DNA of 64,000 nucleotides from the human T2T-CHM13v2.0 reference genome, Homo sapiens, in NCBI RefSeq assembly GCF_009914755.1, contig NC_060935.1, one strand, 5' to 3'. Shown here one piece after another: positions 57,219 through 64,000 of the stretch. A model generated the notes under the pieces. That model searched no databases. It was not told the DNA's origin and was given only the letters and a program-made list of their open reading frames with translations. The position numbers and the translations under genes were made by a program. Positions within the stretch are counted from its first letter, which is position 1; the number at the start of each line of letters is the position of its first letter.

Positions 57219-58109
57219 CTCAGTCTATTTACAGATAAAAGTTTGAGAATTGCCGGTTTAGATCATGTTCTGACTTCCTGTTTGACTTTGGGCAAATCAC
57301 TAACCTTTCCAGAATATAGTTTCTTCTCTACAATGTAGTGGATGGATCTTAAATGCACCTTGAAGTTGTAAAATTCTACACCCATGACTAATCCAATTCC
57401 CTGACTTTAGGTAGGTCTGTATATAAGCCATATAAAATGAACTATTCAAACCTGGTTTGAGCTGTCTTTGGTCCTTGGGCTATCATTTGGACACCTTTCA
57501 AATTCAGAAGCTGCTTCCTATTCACCCATGCTCCTTATAGTCTTTAATTATTAAAACCAACTAGTAAGGACATTATCTGAGCATTGGTTCTAAATGATTA
57601 AAACATACCATTTTAATTTCTAATACATTTGTATCATAATTATAATAAATATATTAACATAATAACTATAACAAATAATATAACAAATATATTCTCTCTC
57701 ACACACACACAACACAACACACACACATAAGAAAGGTAGAATAATATAAAGGCTTTGGAACAGATATGAAAAACAATGTTAGGGAAAGATTACTGAAAAA
57801 TGCCAATAAAATATCTCTCTTTGGCCTTGGGTATTTATGAAATAAGAAGAATGTGTCCAGCCATTTTTATGAAAATTAAAAGCCAAGAACACAGATGGCT
57901 GAGTTGAAGGGAGCTGTATAGCATATTTTAAGTGTAGAGGACAAAAAATGGCAAGTGATAGTAACACCCAATAAACCCCAAAGGTTTTAGAAGGCAAAAT
58001 CCAAAACCAAATTAACTTTTCCTTTTGTCTTCAGATACAGAAGCGTTTCTTAGAGTCACCAAGAAAAGGCTCTACGTCTTAATAAGAATGTTCTGAAAGA
58101 GATTTCTAC

Positions 58110-58345
58110 CTAAGAAAGGACTTTGGAGTCAATAAATCTGGATTTCAGTCCTCTCTACCTTATTTATTAGGGGTATGGTGTTGGATGCCTTCCTTAGCCA
58201 CTTAGAGCCCCAATTTTCTTATCTGTAAAATTGGAATAACGATGAGATATATTTCACAAGGCTATTGGAACAATGCAAAGAAATAGCATGTGACAGTGCC
58301 TAGCCTTGTGCCCAAGATGGATTGAGATTTCAGTCAATATTGAAA
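58110..58345 (+). mobile_element. MIR
   Basis: ggactttggagtca...tctgtaaaattggaataac. Confidence 0.7.
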
Positions 58346-58956
58346 AGAAAACACACTTCATTTAGCCATGGCATAGAAGGTAATTGCCCCTTGAGCCCTG
58401 CCTTGCCTTTGCCGGTGAGCCTGACAAAATAAAGTGGTGATTTAGGACTATTTAAAGGGCCATGCCCTTGAAAATCTCAAATTGTTTTAATTCTAGAGTT
58501 TCTATGTTATTCAACTGTGCTCCATATTCTTTTAGAAATTAAAAGCAAATCACAAACCTTATTATAAGTCCTTTTATCAAAAGCTGGAGTCTAAAGACTC
58601 AGAGACACATTGAAATGTATCTTATAAGGGAAGGCCAAGATTATTGATGCTAACACAGGGTAGTGATTTTGGGCTAATGAATTACCAGGGTCTAGAACCC
58701 TGTCTAACACACAGCAAGTACCAAATATGCACTAAATGAACACAAGATTGGATGCTTCTAGCTATTTTAAAAGTGGGAACAGACTTTAAAAAAAAGGTTA
58801 ATAGAGTATGGATAGTAGAGACGGTGGGGCTAAACTCTAAAATTCACTGGAAATCTTAGGTCACGGTTAAACAAGACATCTGGAAATAAGCTAGTCTACC
58901 AATAACCTAGATTGCTGATGCTATTTAAACATTTGTCATAATTCTAGTAAACTCAC

Positions 58957-59294
58957 CGCTATGGTTTGAATGTGTCCTCTCCAAAATTCAGGTGTTGCCA
59001 ATATGGTAGTATTAAGAGGTAGGGCCTTTAAGAGGTGGTTAGACCATGAAGGGTCCTCTCTCATGAATGGGGTTAAGGCCCTTATAAAAGAGACTTCACG
59101 CATCATTCTGCCATGTGGGGACACAGAGGAGGCTGTACCCCTCTGGAGGATGTAGCCTTCACCAGACAACAGAACCCACCAGCACCTTGATCTTGGACCT
59201 CCCAGCCTCCAGAAATAGGAAAAATAAATTTCAATTTTTTACAAACTACCCAGTCTGTGGTATTCTGTCATAGCAGCACAAAGAGGCTAAGACA
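58957..59294 (+). mobile_element. MST (MaLR) solo LTR
   Basis: gctatggtttgaatgtgtcc...ctaagaca; 5-bp TSD ctca(c/g). Confidence 0.85.
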
Positions 59295-60363
59295 CTCAGG
59301 TTCTGTCACCTCAACAATACCAAGCTTTTCCTTGAAAAAGTTTCTAAGGGAGAGAGTTAAAATTCCTTAAGTGACAGCCACCATCTTCAGAATTCTTTGG
59401 GCCTAAAAAATAGAGTACTAAGAGCCTTTAGATGTGGTTTCCGACTTTCTTACTGTCCCTCTCCTTCCCTATTACTCTCTCACTCTCATGTCTCCCACTC
59501 ATACTCACTCTCATTTTCACCTCTGAGTTAGACATCTTGGCCTGCACCTTCCTTAGACGCAGTCTCACACATTTCTTATTCACTGCCATGTGCCCATCCC
59601 TGGCATACTTTCGGGCATACAGAAGTACACAAAAAATAGTTGTTAAATAAATTACATATTAGCTGAACAAGTCAGGGAGATTTCACATCAGGTAGAAAAT
59701 CTCATTGTTTTATCTCTAAAAGTATCCCAAGTCATTTGTACTATACTCCACTGTTTCTTTTTGCTAGGCATATATTATGCATTTCATGTACTTATTTGTT
59801 CACTAGCCTATGGACTGTGAGAGCCTCATGAATGAGGAAAATATCTTCCTCCTCTGCATCCTCCCACAAAGAGCCACTTCAAGGCTCCACCCACAGTGGT
59901 TTGTGATTCACCAAGCATGGCTGACTGACTCAGAACCAACATGATACTTGCAGCCCACTCTGGACCTTCCATGGGAGAAGGGACCACATCTCACTCATCC
60001 TGGCACTTAGTCCAGTGCCTGACACACTAAAGACACCCAGTAAATATTGACTGAGGAAGAGAGAGAAGCAGTATGAGTGAATAATACTAAAAAAATCCAA
60101 ATGTTTCAGCAAAGCCAAACATGAAGCAAAATAAACTAGTGTGCTTCTTCCATTCATTGTATCCTGCATTCATTCAACAAGTATCTACTGAATGACTAGT
60201 TTGTGCCAACCATTGTGCTTGGCACCAGTGACTTGCAGATGAATTATATATGAGTGAGAAAACAGGTCTGCATGGAATTTCCACTCTAGCGAGGAAGGTG
60301 GATGATACACAAATAATTGCATGTGTGCTAGCATTGTCCATGGGCAATGAGAAAGTACATCTC

Positions 60364-61286
<923 letters not shown>

Positions 61287-64000
61287 AACTTCTTATAAAG
61301 ACAAATGTGCTCAGTACATCAGTCACTCCTTAAACTTATGGCTTAGTGTGACGGCAAATTGTGATATAGCAAACAGATATATTTTATGCATTAGCAATAT
61401 TGACATGCATCAGCCAAAAAAACCCAACATTCCCATTTGATTGACTCATTTGACAGATTCAAATGCCTGTGCTCAAGTGTAGTCTGGGCTCCCTGACCTT
61501 GGTACTAACACACGAGATGTTTCAGTATGTTTCAGCAAGTTGTTAGAAGTGGTCAGATTTTGTTTAACTTAGTTTTCACAGAGATATCTGTTGCCTTGCA
61601 CTTGGCAGTCAGTGTAGTATTTTTCACCAGGGATTCAATCTCAGTGGGAAAGAGTAGCAGGGATAGAGGATGAGGAGGAAAGGCATCTGGGAAATTTTCA
61701 AGGTAGAAGCACAGGAATTTAAACACTAAATAAACTACTTGAAAAAGGAACCCAGAAGTGAGTTACAACATTGTTTTAGAATAAACTCAAGCTCAAGTGC
61801 AACTACTTTAAACATCAAGATGAATAAAAGGAAAACCAAGGAGTTCCAGTATTTGGCCATACACAACCCTTTGATCTGGCTCTGACAAATCGTCTCTGTT
61901 CCAGATTTTTACCTCCCATAACCATACTGGCCTGCCCTATACCAGAAGTGAAGTCATGGACCCTGATCTCTAACATAGGACCTTTGTATTTGCATTAGCA
62001 GGAAAGATGGGGGAAGACTCAAGCTTACATATGTGGAGAAAAAATGAGTGTCCCCCTGTATTGGCCTGTATACAAAAGGAGTGCATGGAAGCAAGAAAAT
62101 AAATCTTCAAACAGAATATTTCTTATCACCAAGCATGTCCTTTTATCCAGGTTCTCAGAATTTTCTTTTGGTCCTAAGGAGTTACCATGTAGAAATACAG
62201 AGGCAGACAGCCAAGGGCTGCAAACAGTCCTACCACCTAGGTGGAAGCTCTGGATAAGTTGCTTAACTTCCTCATAATCAGTTTTTTCCATCTAAGACAT
62301 GTTGAGTTGGAGAGTACATAAAGTCACCTGGCACCTATAGATGTCTAATAAATATGGATTACTTTTTCTCATTCCCTAACAGAAATACCAGGTAAGAACC
62401 AAGGTTGCGTTTGCTTAAATGTTTTTGTAAAACAAGGAGGGTTAATGAGCAGTATAAGCAAGGATACGAGGAACACACCTGAAATACAGTATTGAGTAAC
62501 CGAAGGTGAATACAGGACTCTTAGAGCAATACAGGAAAGAAAAACGGCACTGTTCCTTTGGGAGATAAATTCTTTGTTTCATTCTCTTTTGCTCTTGTGA
62601 CCTTCCTGTTTCTATGGTCCTTGCACATGCCCACTTGCTTCTGAATGCCCCAATGCCCAAGGCTCAGTGACACCTCATGAAGAATTTGGCTGCTGTAGGG
62701 AGCTATATCCCAGCCACGCTGCTATCCTTCCACCCTAACTTCTCAGGCGAGTCCTCCCACTGGGACAACAGGCTCTTGAAACTTCTTGCAGCACATGCTG
62801 TTGCCCTTACTTGGTTGGACGCCCCTGAGTCAGGCAGGCCCATACCATTCTAATTTTGCTTGTTATTTCTTTTATGAAATCCAAGATTGAGATAAAGAGG
62901 GAAGGGTGCACATCCACAAGACTGCTGTGGCCTCCTAAAGAATTGTTCTATCTGAACGAATGTAATGAGAAAACTGCTAAGAAACTAAATGGCAATTCAC
63001 ACACTCACAAAGGTTCACTCAAAAGTCTTACATCCATAGTCTGTAAAATTTCTATTTGTCATAGAAAACAAACATAGAAGGCACTTTCTTTTAGTGGTTT
63101 TTCAGTTAACTGAGCTTCCAAAATATTATGTTCATCAACACGTTACACAGAGGACTATTGTATTTTCCTTATGGGCATAACATAAATAAAATATAAATAA
63201 TAAGTTATTTACATTGTAATGTAAATATCCATCTAACAAACATTTATTTTGTTTGTTTTTATTATTATTATTATAACCTTCTGTGGTTAAGCAATGAGCT
63301 AGATGAACAGAAATGCATACATGGAAGAAATTTTTATATTCTCTTGAATAGTATTTATTGATATAGTTTAGATACAGATTTCATGAATATACAGTGAAAT
63401 ATCCTGCCACATTTTTCAAGTGCATCACATTTAGCTTTCATAATATTTTTATAAACATAACATTTTCACCCTTAGTGCATTCTTTCTTCAAATTATTTTT
63501 GGCCAATCCCACCAAACTGCCATCTCTAGCTTTAAAAAAAAAAAGTGGGATTCCCCATTTAAGATGATGCTACACTTGCTATGGAAATATTGATTCTAAA
63601 AAGAAGGACTGAGATCAGGTAGTGTTGGACTCAAATGCCAAATAGAAGAGAAGCACATTAACGCCAGGATGATGAGTGTCCTCACATAAGGCCATCCTTT
63701 CTTATAGTTTCCAAGGTAAGTCATGTTTGCAGGGGTCTTTGGAGAGAAGAATGAGGAATAAGAATAAGAATGGAGAAGAGAAAGACAAGTAAGGTAGGAA
63801 AAATGTCTGTAGCTAAAATACACATTACATATCATTAATAAATTTTAAAAATTATTAAAACATGTTCATTTCAAAGAAAAGTAACACTTGTTAATAGGGT
63901 GCTGGGAGTCTAACACGAATTATTATTTGCCCATAGGAAGTAGGCTTAAAGATGAGAATATGGCATCTCAGAATATGAGATAACATATTCTCAAAGTGGT

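Overview
Primate (human-type) genomic DNA, AT-rich, CpG-poor and repeat-rich. I recognise it as part of the MIR100HG locus (11q24.1). All recognisable genes are on the minus strand: pre-miR-100 (41220-41299), pre-let-7a-2 (35523-35594), a G-U-rich hairpin just downstream of miR-100 that matches my recollection of MIR10526 (41086-41158), and the intronless 108-aa BLID/BRCC2 ORF (4603-4929). I did not see miR-125b-1, the third cluster member; it should lie beyond position 1. The rest is mostly Alu, L1, L2/MIR, L3, MaLR LTR and DNA-transposon sequence plus microsatellites, and almost all other listed ORFs are repeat-derived noise. I found no clearly new biological system. The best leads are all inferred: (1) a candidate exon enclosing let-7a-2, with a branch point and a strong donor; (2) a TATA plus TCT/5'TOP-like promoter near 48119 and candidate exons at 45085-45555 and 44541-44622; (3) the hairpin next to miR-100 as a cluster-assistance candidate; (4) uORFs over the BLID start codon; (5) two short dispersed duplications. 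Repeat subfamily calls and boundaries were made by eye and are approximate.
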